A stretch of DNA of 47,751 nucleotides from Gemmatimonadaceae bacterium (GTDB lineage Bacteria > Gemmatimonadota > Gemmatimonadetes > Gemmatimonadales > Gemmatimonadaceae). Below the pieces are notes generated by a model. The model did not search any database, had not been told where the DNA came from, and was given only the letters and a program-made list of their open reading frames with translations. Where the stretch lies: the NCBI GenBank assembly GCA_033763905.1, contig JANRJP010000099.1:1-47751 (forward strand). Reading direction: 5' to 3'. Below are positions 1-8,591 of this stretch, piece by piece. Made by a program: the position numbers and the translations under genes. Within the stretch, counting starts at the first letter, position 1. Each line of letters opens with the position of its first letter.

Positions 1-444
1 GCGAAGATCGGCGTGCTGATCTGCTGGGATCAGTGGTACCCCGAGTCGGCGCGCATCACCGCGCTGCTCGGCGCCGACATCTTGTTCTATCCCACGGCGA
101 TCGGCTGGCACCCGGCCGAAAAGGCGTCGTTCGGCGAAGCGCAGGTGAATGCGTGGCGGACCGCGCAGCGTGCGCACGCGATCGCCAACGGCGTGTTCGT
201 CGCCGCCCCCAATCGCACCGGCTTCGAGGCCGAACCGGGGACCGACGGTCTCGAGTTCTTCGGACACTCGTTCATTTACGATCCCTTCGGCCGGCCGCTG
301 GCCGAAGCGGGTACGGTGCCGACCGTGCTGCTGGCGCAGTGTGATCCGTCGTTGATCGAAGAAACGCGTCGCAACTGGCCGTTCCTGCGGGATCGACGGA
401 TCGACGCCTACGGCCCGATCCTCAACCGGTGGCTGGGCTCGTGA
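1..444 (+). CDS. aguB: N-carbamoylputrescine amidase / carbon-nitrogen hydrolase (5'-truncated by window edge)
   Basis: Frame is open from base 1 (AKIGVLICWDQWYPE...). Nitrilase-family nucleophile motif ICWDQW, PTAIGW and C-terminal RxNWPFLRDRR. Its stop overlaps the agmatine deiminase start (GTGA). Confidence 0.85.
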   Translation, partial: AKIGVLICWDQWYPESARITALLGADILFYPTAIGWHPAEKASFGEAQVNAWRTAQRAHAIANGVFVAAPNRTGFEAEPGTDGLEFFGHSFIYDPFGRPLAEAGTVPTVLLAQCDPSLIEETRRNWPFLRDRRIDAYGPILNRWLGS

Positions 445-1484
445 GTCTCGCCGGAGTACGCTGGCCGGCGGAGTGGGAGCCGCATCGGGCGACGTGGATC
501 GCGTGGCCGCACCACGAACCCGATTGGCCCGGGAAGTTCGCGCCGATCCCGTGGGTGTACGCCGAAATCGCGCGCGTGCTGAGCGCGGGCGAGCTCGTGG
601 AGATTCTCTGCAGCACCGACGCCGTCCGCGAGGATGCGTCAGAGACGCTGGCGTTGCACCACGTACCGGAAGACCGCGTGCGGTTGCACGTCGTCCCGAC
701 CGACCGCGTCTGGACGCGGGATTCGGGACCGACGATCGTGCACGGTCGCGATCCCGGTGTGCATCTCGTGAATTGGCGCTTCAACGCGTGGGCGAAGTAC
801 GACAATCACGCGGCGGACGCCTTGGTCGGCACGGCCATCGGGTCGATCACCGGCGCTCCGCGGCACGAGCCGCTGCGTCCCACCGACGCGACGCAGCGGG
901 TGGTGCTCGAGGGGGGCGCGATCGACGGCAACGGCGCCGGCGTGCTGCTCACGACGGAAGAGTGCCTGCTCTCGCACGAGCAGGAGCGCAATCCCGGGAT
1001 GGGTCGCGCCGACTACGAGCGGGTGTTCGCCGACTGGCTCGGGATTCGCAAAACGATCTGGCTGGGCGAGGGCTGCGTTGGCGACGACACCCACGGCCAC
1101 GTGGACGACGTCGCGCGCTTCGTGTCGGCCGACACGATCGTGGTGGCCCACGAGCAGGATCCGTCCGATGAGAACCACCGGCGATCGGCCGACAACCTGC
1201 GGCGGCTCGCGGCGGACGCGCCAGAGTTTCGCGTCGTGACGCTGCCGTATCCCCGGCCGGTGATGATGGACGGTGTGCAGTTGCCCGCGAGCTACGCGAA
1301 TTTCTACATCGCGAATGGCCAGGTGCTGGTGCCGACTTTCAACGATCCGAACGATCGGATCGCCCTCAATACGCTGGCCGAGCTCTTCCCGACCCGAACG
1401 GTCACCGGCATCCACGCGGTGGATCTGGTGTGGGGGTTGGGTACCCTCCACTGCCTGACGCAGCAGGAACCGGCTGGCCGGTAG
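441..1484 (+). CDS. aguA: Agmatine deiminase (peptidyl-arginine deiminase family)
   Basis: WPAEWEPH, WTRDSGP, LEGGAIDGNG, DDTHGHVDD, ASYANFY and catalytic GTLHCLTQQEP motifs. GTG at 441 overlaps the aguB stop. Confidence 0.92.
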   Translation: MSLAGVRWPAEWEPHRATWIAWPHHEPDWPGKFAPIPWVYAEIARVLSAGELVEILCSTDAVREDASETLALHHVPEDRVRLHVVPTDRVWTRDSGPTIVHGRDPGVHLVNWRFNAWAKYDNHAADALVGTAIGSITGAPRHEPLRPTDATQRVVLEGGAIDGNGAGVLLTTEECLLSHEQERNPGMGRADYERVFADWLGIRKTIWLGEGCVGDDTHGHVDDVARFVSADTIVVAHEQDPSDENHRRSADNLRRLAADAPEFRVVTLPYPRPVMMDGVQLPASYANFYIANGQVLVPTFNDPNDRIALNTLAELFPTRTVTGIHAVDLVWGLGTLHCLTQQEPAGR

Positions 1485-1573
1485 GGACGCTTTGTGAGGT
1501 GGCGGGGGAACGCAGTCCGCCGTGTGACACCTGACCACCGGCAGTCGTCTTTGCCCGGACCCCCTTCCCCCAT

Positions 1574-2671
1574 ATGGAGCATCGGACGCGAGTGACGCGA
1601 CGCAGCGGACTGGCGACTCTCATACTTCTTGGCGCGATCGCCTGCGCCGAGCGCACGGACGCCATCGTGTTCGGCGCCGCCGGCAAATGGGACTCCGGAT
1701 ACGGCGCGATGAGCCGTCGGGGCACCGAGCTGGCGATCGCCGAACTCAACGCCGCTGGCGGCGTCAAGGGACGCCGCATCGAGTTGCGGGCGCTCGACGA
1801 TCAGGCGAGCGGTGCGGTCGCCGCCGCCGTGGCGGATTCGCTCGTGAACGACCCTCGTGTGTCGGTGGTGATCGGGCATCTCGCGTCGGGCGCGATGGTC
1901 GCAGCCGCCCCCGTCTACGACGCCGGGAGCCTCCCAGCCATCGCGACGACGGCGACGTCTGCCGACCTCACCGGCGTGTCGCGCTGGGTGTTCCGCGTGG
2001 TGCCGAGCGATTCGGCCAGCGCGATCTCGCTGGCGCGCTTCGCCGAGACGCTCAATCGCGGTCGCGCGGCCATTCTGTATGAAAACGACGCGTACGGCCG
2101 CGGCTTGGCCGACGCGTTCCGTCGGGCCTACAAGGGCAAGATCGTCGCTGTCATTCCAATGGCGGTCGACCAGACCCAGTTCGAACCGTATCTCGCCTAC
2201 GTCAAGGCACAGCAGGCGGACCTGGTCTTCGTCGCGGGCACGGAGTCGACGGGCTTACCGCTGATCGCGCAGTTTCGCGCCGGCAAGTTCGAGGGTGACC
2301 TCCTCGGCGCCGACGGCTGGGCGCCGGTCGTCGCCGAACCGTCCGCCGACGGCGTGTACGTCGGTGTGCCTTTCGCCGCACGCGACCGCCGCGCAGCGGC
2401 GCAGTCGTTCGTGAAGGCCTTCTCGGCGCGATACGGAATGGAGCCCGACAACAACGCCGCGCTCGCGTACGACGCGGTGATGCTGGCGGCCCGCGCGATC
2501 GGCGAGGTCGGTAGCGATCGCGCCAAGATTCGCGACTGGCTTGCCGCGGGCAATTCGATGGAAGGCGCGACCGGCACGATCCGGCTTGGCGCCAACGGCG
2601 ACCCCGAGAACAAGGGCATCCGGATCACGCGCATTGCCCGCGGGACGCTCGAGCCGGTGGAGGGGCAGTGA
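1574..2671 (+). CDS. LivJ/LivK-like periplasmic substrate-binding protein (probable lipoprotein)
   Basis: Hydrophobic N-terminus with lipobox-like [45 protein letters not shown] and GATG motifs of the type-1 periplasmic binding fold. Confidence 0.85.
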   Translation: MEHRTRVTRRSGLATLILLGAIACAERTDAIVFGAAGKWDSGYGAMSRRGTELAIAELNAAGGVKGRRIELRALDDQASGAVAAAVADSLVNDPRVSVVIGHLASGAMVAAAPVYDAGSLPAIATTATSADLTGVSRWVFRVVPSDSASAISLARFAETLNRGRAAILYENDAYGRGLADAFRRAYKGKIVAVIPMAVDQTQFEPYLAYVKAQQADLVFVAGTESTGLPLIAQFRAGKFEGDLLGADGWAPVVAEPSADGVYVGVPFAARDRRAAAQSFVKAFSARYGMEPDNNAALAYDAVMLAARAIGEVGSDRAKIRDWLAAGNSMEGATGTIRLGANGDPENKGIRITRIARGTLEPVEGQ

Positions 2672-4401
2672 TCGGGCTCCGGTTCGACTCCATTCGCGAC
2701 CGGCTGGTCGCTGGCTTCGCCCTGTTGGTCCTGCTGATCGTCGGCGCTGGGGTGACGGCGCGCGGCGCGTTGTCCGAGATGGCGGATGCGATCTCGGTCA
2801 CCCTCACGGACGTGCAGGCCGAGGCGCAACTCTCGTCGAAGCTCTCGGCCAACACGGCGCGTCAGATCGCCGCGGCGATCCACTACCTCGATCAGCGGGA
2901 TTCGCTGTCGCAGGGCCAGTTCGAGTCACTCGGCTGGGCCTCGCACGGCATCGTGCGCGATATGAACCGCCGCCGTGGGCAGTCGTCGCAGGAAGTCGCG
3001 TTGATCGCCGACATCGACAAGCGACTTGCGGAGCTCGAAGTCCGCTACGCGTTGGCCCATCGCCTGGCCGATCTGGGGCGCCAGCGTGACGCGCTCGTCG
3101 AAGCCGAAGCCGCGAACCCCGTGGTGTCGCAGCTCCTCGCCGACGTGCAGCAGTTGGGCTTGCTCAAGGCCGGCAAGGTGTCGGAGGCAGCAGCGGCGCT
3201 CGTCGCCGACGCTGGACGCCGCACGATGATCGTGCTGATCGTGACGGGCGTGGCCGTGCTGCTCGGCATTCTCACCGTCGTCTCGACCGTGGGCTGGATC
3301 GCGCGACCGCTCAAGCGACTCGTGCAGCACGCCCGCGAGCTCGCGTCCGGCAACCTCGATGCACGCACTGAAGGCGCGCTCCCGGACGAGTTCCGCGATC
3401 TCGCGCAGGCGATGAACACCACCGCCGATCAGCTCTCGCGCGTCACGCTGGCCGCGGTGCAGGCGTCGGACGAAGTGAGCACCTCGGCGCATCAGCTCTC
3501 TGGCGTCAGCGAGCAGGTGGCGATGTCCGCCGGCCATATGGCCACGGCGATGAACGACGTGACCGGTGGCGCGGAGTCGCAGGTCCGCGAGCTGCGCAAC
3601 GTCGAGGAGCAGCTGGGGCAGATTCGCGGCCGTGCCCAAGGCGTGCTGGCCGGCGCCGAGGAGGTGAACACGCTGGCGCACTCGATCGAGTCCACCGCGG
3701 TGGAAAAGCGGCTCGAGATCGAGCGCGCGCTCACGATTCTCGGGTCGGTCCGTGATTCGGTGCGCACGGCTGCGGGAGAAGTCCAGCAGCTGTCGGGCGC
3801 GGTGGATGACATCTCCCGGTTCGTCGTGACGGTCGGCCGGATTGCGGAGCAGACGAACCTGCTGGCCCTCAACGCGGCGATCGAAGCCGCGCGGGCGGGC
3901 GCCGCCGGTCGCGGCTTTGCGGTCGTCGCGGAAGAAGTGCGCCGCTTGGCCGAACAGGCGCAAACGGCCGCGGAAGACGTGGTGAAGCTGACCCAGGGCG
4001 TCACCAAGCGTGTCGTGACGGCCTCGAAGACGATGGAGACCAGCGTCGGCTCGGTGTCGGAGATCGAGTCGGTCTCGCGCGGTCTCGACGAGGCGCTCAC
4101 GGCCATCGGCGGCTCGGCCGAGCGCACGCGTCACGCCGCGAGCGGCGTGACGTTCGGCGCAATGGAGAACGTGCAGGCGGTCGATGGCGCCGCCGAGGGG
4201 CTGCAGTTGATCGCGCGGATGGCCGAGCAACACGCGGCGTCGGCAGAAGAGGTCAGCGCGTCGACGCAGGAGCAGAGTGCGGCCTGCGAGCAGATGACAT
4301 CGTCGGCGGCGCATCTGCTGGAGAACGCCACGCGGCTCCGCGGCCTCGTCGCACAGATGCAGTTGCGCACGACGGGCGAGTTCCGCACGTCGATCTCCTA
4401 G
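2668..4401 (+). CDS. Methyl-accepting chemotaxis protein
   Basis: Two TM helices around a helical periplasmic domain, a HAMP domain (RPLKRL...DEFRDLA) and the signalling motif [41 protein letters not shown] overlap with the upstream gene. Confidence 0.95.
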   Translation: MIGLRFDSIRDRLVAGFALLVLLIVGAGVTARGALSEMADAISVTLTDVQAEAQLSSKLSANTARQIAAAIHYLDQRDSLSQGQFESLGWASHGIVRDMNRRRGQSSQEVALIADIDKRLAELEVRYALAHRLADLGRQRDALVEAEAANPVVSQLLADVQQLGLLKAGKVSEAAAALVADAGRRTMIVLIVTGVAVLLGILTVVSTVGWIARPLKRLVQHARELASGNLDARTEGALPDEFRDLAQAMNTTADQLSRVTLAAVQASDEVSTSAHQLSGVSEQVAMSAGHMATAMNDVTGGAESQVRELRNVEEQLGQIRGRAQGVLAGAEEVNTLAHSIESTAVEKRLEIERALTILGSVRDSVRTAAGEVQQLSGAVDDISRFVVTVGRIAEQTNLLALNAAIEAARAGAAGRGFAVVAEEVRRLAEQAQTAAEDVVKLTQGVTKRVVTASKTMETSVGSVSEIESVSRGLDEALTAIGGSAERTRHAASGVTFGAMENVQAVDGAAEGLQLIARMAEQHAASAEEVSASTQEQSAACEQMTSSAAHLLENATRLRGLVAQMQLRTTGEFRTSIS

Positions 4402-4419
4402 CGCGCCGACGACCGACGA

Positions 4420-4469
4420 AATGCCAGACGGGGGGCCTCGCGTGATCGCGAGGCCCCCCGTCTGGCATT
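4420..4469. terminator. Perfect 23-bp hairpin between convergent genes (probable bidirectional terminator)
   Basis: AATGCCAGACGGGGGGCCTCGCG-TGAT-CGCGAGGCCCCCCGTCTGGCATT, between the MCP stop (4401) and the M28 peptidase stop (4488). Confidence 0.75.
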
Positions 4470-4487
4470 CGGGTCAGCACGCGCTGC

Positions 4488-6149
4488 TTACTGACGGCAG
4501 GCGCCGTTGGGATCCGGCTTGGGCTTGTCGACCACCAGCTTGGCCGGGCGGTTCGCCACTTCGGCGAGCACGTCGGCAATGAACTGCGTGATGTTCGCGT
4601 AGTGCGGGTAGTCGATGTACTGCGGCTCGTCGGTCACCTGATGGTAGTCGCCGTGCAGGCCGGTGGTCACGAAGGTCACCGGAATGCCGTAGCGCGCCCA
4701 GTTGTAGTGGTCGGAGCGGCAGTAGATGTTCTCCGGGTGACCGTCGGCGTCGAATGAATAGTCGAACGTGAACTTCGACTTGCGCTTGGCATTGACCGCC
4801 TCGACGAGATCGCCGAACTCCGTCGACAGCCGCCGCGAGCCGACGAGCTGCACGAAATCGTCTCCGCCCTTCGGCATATCGTCGCTACGGCCACGGCCGA
4901 TCATATCGATGTTCACATTGGCCACGACCGAATCCCGTGGCACGGTCGGGTTGTCGGTGTAGTAGCGCGACCCGAAGAGGCCGATTTCTTCGGCGGTGTA
5001 CCAGAGGAAGAGCATCGAGCGCTTCGGCTTCTGCTTGGCCTTGGCGAAGTACTCCGCGATCTCGAGCACCGCCATCGAGCCCGAGCCATCATCGTCCGCG
5101 CCGTTGCGGATCGAGTCGCGGCGACCGCTGGTCTTGAGTCCTGCGACGACCGCCTTGATGATCGAATCGCGCACCGGTCCGGCGGCCGGGCTGCCCGCCT
5201 TCACGCGGTGCATATTGAGCGCCCAGTTGACCGCCTTGAGCGAGTCGTGGTCCACCGCCACCGGCGCAGTGCCCACGTGATCGCTGTGGCCACCAACCGA
5301 CACGAACTGGCCCTTGAGCGCCTTGTCGCGACCCTCGAGCATCGCGACCACGTTGCGCGACGGGGCGGCCACGTCGTTCATCCGGACGTCGATCGCCGCC
5401 GTCTTGCCCACGGTTCCCGGCTTGAGCGAATCCAGCGGCGCGTTGAACAGCTTCGCGGCGGCGCCGGTCGTGAGCTGCACGATGCCGCCGGGGAGACCAG
5501 GCATCATCGGCGCCCCGGGCAACGTGACGCGTGGCGTCGTGGCCTGCCGCGCCGCCTGGGGCGGGATCATCGGCGCAACGACGATGGCGACCCCTGCCGC
5601 GCCGCTGTAGCGCCCGAGCTGCGCCATCATCGCCCGCTGGTTCGCCGCCCCGCTGCCGGGCCGGAGCACGATGAACTTGCCCGCGATGTCACTGACGGTC
5701 GCCGTGGTGTCACCGAGCATACCGCCGTACACGACCGGCGCGGCGGCTACGGTCGTGGGGCCGCCGTTGATCGCCTGATACAGGAAGTCGGTGCCGAACG
5801 CGAGCGTCTGTCCGTCAACCGTGATGGACGAGCCACCATCGATCGCTCGACGCACGAAGGGGACCGTCTGGAAGTAGGTCCCGTTCTCACCGGCCGGCTT
5901 GAGCCCCAGTCGCTTGAGTTCAGCGGCGATGTACTCCACGCCCTTGTCGTGCCCGGGGGTCGCGGTGTTCCGCCCCTGCATCGAGTCATCGGCGAAGAGG
6001 TACAGCCGTGACATCAGATCCTGCACGGTGATCGCCGGCGACGACGGCTTGGCGGGGAATTTGAGCGGCCCGGCTGCGGGCTGCTGCGCGGCACCCACGG
6101 CGGGCACGAGCGCGGCAACGGCCAGAACGCGACGGAAGGCAACGGTCAC
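4488..6149 (-). CDS. Secreted M28-family aminopeptidase with PA domain
   Basis: Signal peptide; Zn-site motifs HSDHVG, NGADDDGSG, AEEIGL, NIDMIG, RSDH and DYHQVTD; GGAG RBS before the GTG start. Confidence 0.9.
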   Translation of the reverse strand: MTVAFRRVLAVAALVPAVGAAQQPAAGPLKFPAKPSSPAITVQDLMSRLYLFADDSMQGRNTATPGHDKGVEYIAAELKRLGLKPAGENGTYFQTVPFVRRAIDGGSSITVDGQTLAFGTDFLYQAINGGPTTVAAAPVVYGGMLGDTTATVSDIAGKFIVLRPGSGAANQRAMMAQLGRYSGAAGVAIVVAPMIPPQAARQATTPRVTLPGAPMMPGLPGGIVQLTTGAAAKLFNAPLDSLKPGTVGKTAAIDVRMNDVAAPSRNVVAMLEGRDKALKGQFVSVGGHSDHVGTAPVAVDHDSLKAVNWALNMHRVKAGSPAAGPVRDSIIKAVVAGLKTSGRRDSIRNGADDDGSGSMAVLEIAEYFAKAKQKPKRSMLFLWYTAEEIGLFGSRYYTDNPTVPRDSVVANVNIDMIGRGRSDDMPKGGDDFVQLVGSRRLSTEFGDLVEAVNAKRKSKFTFDYSFDADGHPENIYCRSDHYNWARYGIPVTFVTTGLHGDYHQVTDEPQYIDYPHYANITQFIADVLAEVANRPAKLVVDKPKPDPNGACRQ

Positions 6150-6265
6150 GCGAAACTCCAGGAAAGGTGTTGACCCGCCGCGAACGACCAGTCAGCGGCG
6201 AGGGGCGACCAGTGAAAGCTCGCGCCGTGCCAGCCCGTGGCAATGGGTCCTGCTAGTTTTGTGGG

Positions 6266-6964
6266 ATGACCCGTCCCGCCGTGGTGCTCCTCTCGGGGGG
6301 CCTCGATTCCACGACGCTGCTCGCGTACGCGGTGCGCGAGGGCTTCTCGGCGCATTGCCTGTCCTTCCGCTACGGTCAGCGCCACACGGCGGAGCTGGAC
6401 GCGGCGGTCCGCGTCGCCACCCGATACGGCGCGACCGAACATCGCATCGCGGAGATCGACCTCCGCGCCTTCGGCGGCTCGGCGCTGACCGACGACTCGA
6501 TCGCCGTTCCCAAGGACCGGAACGCCGAAGAGATGGCGACGGGGATTCCCGTCACCTACGTCCCCGCGCGCAACACGATCTTTCTCAGTTTCGCCCTGGG
6601 GTGGGCGGAGGTGCTGGGCGCGCGCGACATCTTTATCGGGGTCAACGCGCTGGATTACTCGGGGTATCCCGACTGCCGTCCCGAGTTCATCGCCGCGTTC
6701 GAGCGGGTCGCCAACCTCGCGACGCGCGCCGGCGTGGAAGGGCAGTCGCTGACGGTGCACACGCCGCTCATCGCGCGCACCAAGGCGCAGATCATTCAGC
6801 TCGGCCTCTCACTCGGCGTGGACTATGCCGAGACCACCAGCTGCTACGACGCCGCGCCTGACGGTGCGGCGTGCGGGGAGTGCGACGCCTGCCTGTTGCG
6901 CGCGCGCGGGTTCGCCGAGGCGGGCGTCGCCGACCCCACCCGATACGCGAGCCGAACGCGCTGA
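6266..6964 (+). CDS. queC: 7-cyano-7-deazaguanine synthase
   Basis: [10 protein letters not shown]-loop, YGQRH, TYVPARN, SGYPDCR and C-terminal Zn motif SCY...CGECDAC. Confidence 0.96.
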   Translation: MTRPAVVLLSGGLDSTTLLAYAVREGFSAHCLSFRYGQRHTAELDAAVRVATRYGATEHRIAEIDLRAFGGSALTDDSIAVPKDRNAEEMATGIPVTYVPARNTIFLSFALGWAEVLGARDIFIGVNALDYSGYPDCRPEFIAAFERVANLATRAGVEGQSLTVHTPLIARTKAQIIQLGLSLGVDYAETTSCYDAAPDGAACGECDACLLRARGFAEAGVADPTRYASRTR

Positions 6965-6966
6965 CG

Positions 6967-7602
6967 ATGTACACCGTCAAGGAGATCTTCTACACGCTGC
7001 AGGGCGAAGGGCACCACGCCGGTCGCCCCGCCGTGTTCTGCCGATTCAGCGGCTGCAATCTGTGGACCGGCCGCGAGGCCGATCGGACCAGTGCCATCTG
7101 CCAATTCTGCGACACCGACTTCGTGGGCGTGGGCCCGGACGGGGGCAAGTTTGCGACCGCGGACGCCTTGGCAGACGCCGTCGCATCCCGCTGGCCGTCG
7201 CAGGCGGATCCGCGCGCGGTCCCGTACGTGGTGTGTACGGGCGGTGAGCCGTTGCTGCAGCTGGACGACGCGGCGATTGCCGCATTCCACGCCCGCGGCT
7301 TCGAAGTCGCGGTCGAAACCAATGGCACGCAGGCCGCCCCGCCGGGACTGGATTGGATCTGTGTCAGCCCCAAAGCGAACGCGCCGCTGGTGCTGACCGC
7401 CGGAGACGAACTCAAGTTGGTCTTCCCGCAAGCCGGCGGCGAGCCGAGCCGCTACGACGGACTCGCGTTCACGCATTGGTACCTGCAACCGATGGACGGC
7501 CCATCGGCGTCGGCCAATACCGCGGCAGCCCTCGCGTACTGCCTCGCGAATCCGCGGTGGCATCTGAGCGTGCAGACGCACAAGGCGCTGGGTATTCGCT
7601 GA
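6967..7602 (+). CDS. queE: 7-carboxy-7-deazaguanine synthase (radical SAM, Cx14Cx2C type)
   Basis: MYTVKEIFYTLQGEG, FCRFSGCNLW...CQFCDTDF (14 residues between the first two Cys), TGGEP, ETNG, VSPK and SVQTHK motifs. ATG at 6967 lies 2 nt after the queC stop. Confidence 0.95.
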   Translation: MYTVKEIFYTLQGEGHHAGRPAVFCRFSGCNLWTGREADRTSAICQFCDTDFVGVGPDGGKFATADALADAVASRWPSQADPRAVPYVVCTGGEPLLQLDDAAIAAFHARGFEVAVETNGTQAAPPGLDWICVSPKANAPLVLTAGDELKLVFPQAGGEPSRYDGLAFTHWYLQPMDGPSASANTAAALAYCLANPRWHLSVQTHKALGIR

Positions 7603-7630
7603 CGCTGGGGCGGCGCCACGTGCCGCGCGG

Positions 7631-8356
7631 TCACACTACGCGTCGTTCGTCTGCGGGGAAGCCGAGGGCCTGGTTCAGGAAGCGAACGAACGGCAACATC
7701 TTCACAAAGTCCTTCACCACGCGATCCGGCAGCTTCGGCGAGGCGAGCTCGTCCGTCGTCAGCGTGCGCTCTGCGGTGAACGACTGGTAGCGCATCCACG
7801 CGGCGGCGGGATGGCTCTCCTCGTAGCCGCGCGGCATGCGCACGAGCATCGCCTCCGTCGAGAGGGCGCCGAAGGTTCGGGCGAAGGGGCCTTTGAGCGT
7901 GGCGGCAAAGACATCGGGCTTGGCGGCGATGGCGTCCCGGATGCGGAGGAGTTGCGGTCGCATCGGCATCCACATCCCGCCGCCGCAGAAACTCCCGCCC
8001 GGCTCGACGTGCACGTAGAAGCCTGCTGCACCGCCGTCAGGCGAGCTGCTAGCGACGCCCTTCCCCGCCCGCCGATGAAAGAACCACGCCGCCACGTGCG
8101 TCTTGTAGGGCGACTTGTCCTTGGAGAACCGCACATCGCGGTGAATGCGGAAGACGCTCCGCTTGACGTCGCCGACGATTTCCGGCGCCGCGAGCGCGAG
8201 TCGATCGTCGATCGCTTCCACGAGCGTGGCCAGTCGCGGCTTGAGCGACGTGTCGTAGACGTCGCGGTTCGCGGCGAACCACGCTTTCGTGTTGTGTCGC
8301 TTGAGCTGCGCGAGGAAGCGCAGATCCGCAGGGGTGAAACCGGGAAACCGGGTCAT
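7631..8356 (-). CDS. DUF2461 (TIGR02453-like) protein
   Basis: FLxxLxxHNxKxWF, FRIHRDVRFSKDKSPYK, FYVHVEP, GGGMW and PRGY signature motifs. Confidence 0.85.
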   Translation of the reverse strand: MTRFPGFTPADLRFLAQLKRHNTKAWFAANRDVYDTSLKPRLATLVEAIDDRLALAAPEIVGDVKRSVFRIHRDVRFSKDKSPYKTHVAAWFFHRRAGKGVASSSPDGGAAGFYVHVEPGGSFCGGGMWMPMRPQLLRIRDAIAAKPDVFAATLKGPFARTFGALSTEAMLVRMPRGYEESHPAAAWMRYQSFTAERTLTTDELASPKLPDRVVKDFVKMLPFVRFLNQALGFPADERRVV

Positions 8357-8441
8357 TGGAATCGTGAGAGGCAGCGCGTCGCTTGTGCTTTAGGGGGTTT
8401 ACCCTATGAAAAGAAACCATTCGGACTGGGCGTCCCGCACC

Positions 8442-8469
8442 TTGACCCCCTCCAGAACAACCGTAACGT
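8442..8469 (+). promoter_or_regulatory. Candidate sigma70-type promoter of the TonB receptor
   Basis: TTGACC (8442-8447), 16-nt spacer, TAACGT (8464-8469), in a locally AT-richer intergenic region. Confidence 0.4.
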
Positions 8470-8495
8470 GATGCGCAATCAATCGTAGGCCGGAA

Positions 8496-8511
8496 TGTGA
8501 CACGGGTCACC
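8496..8511. promoter_or_regulatory. CRP/FNR-family-like box
   Basis: TGTGA-CACGGG-TCACC, a 9/10 match to TGTGA-N6-TCACA. Confidence 0.35.
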
Positions 8512-8591
8512 CGACACGCGTCCTCCCTCCGGAGTCTCGCCCATTGCAATGACGCAGCGGGCCCAGACGTGTCCCTCATCGAGGACTATCG

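Noticed and set aside
6150..6265. Possible preQ1 riboswitch upstream of queC
   Set aside because: No recognisable preQ1 stem with an A-rich 3' tail. An Rfam/Infernal scan would be decisive.
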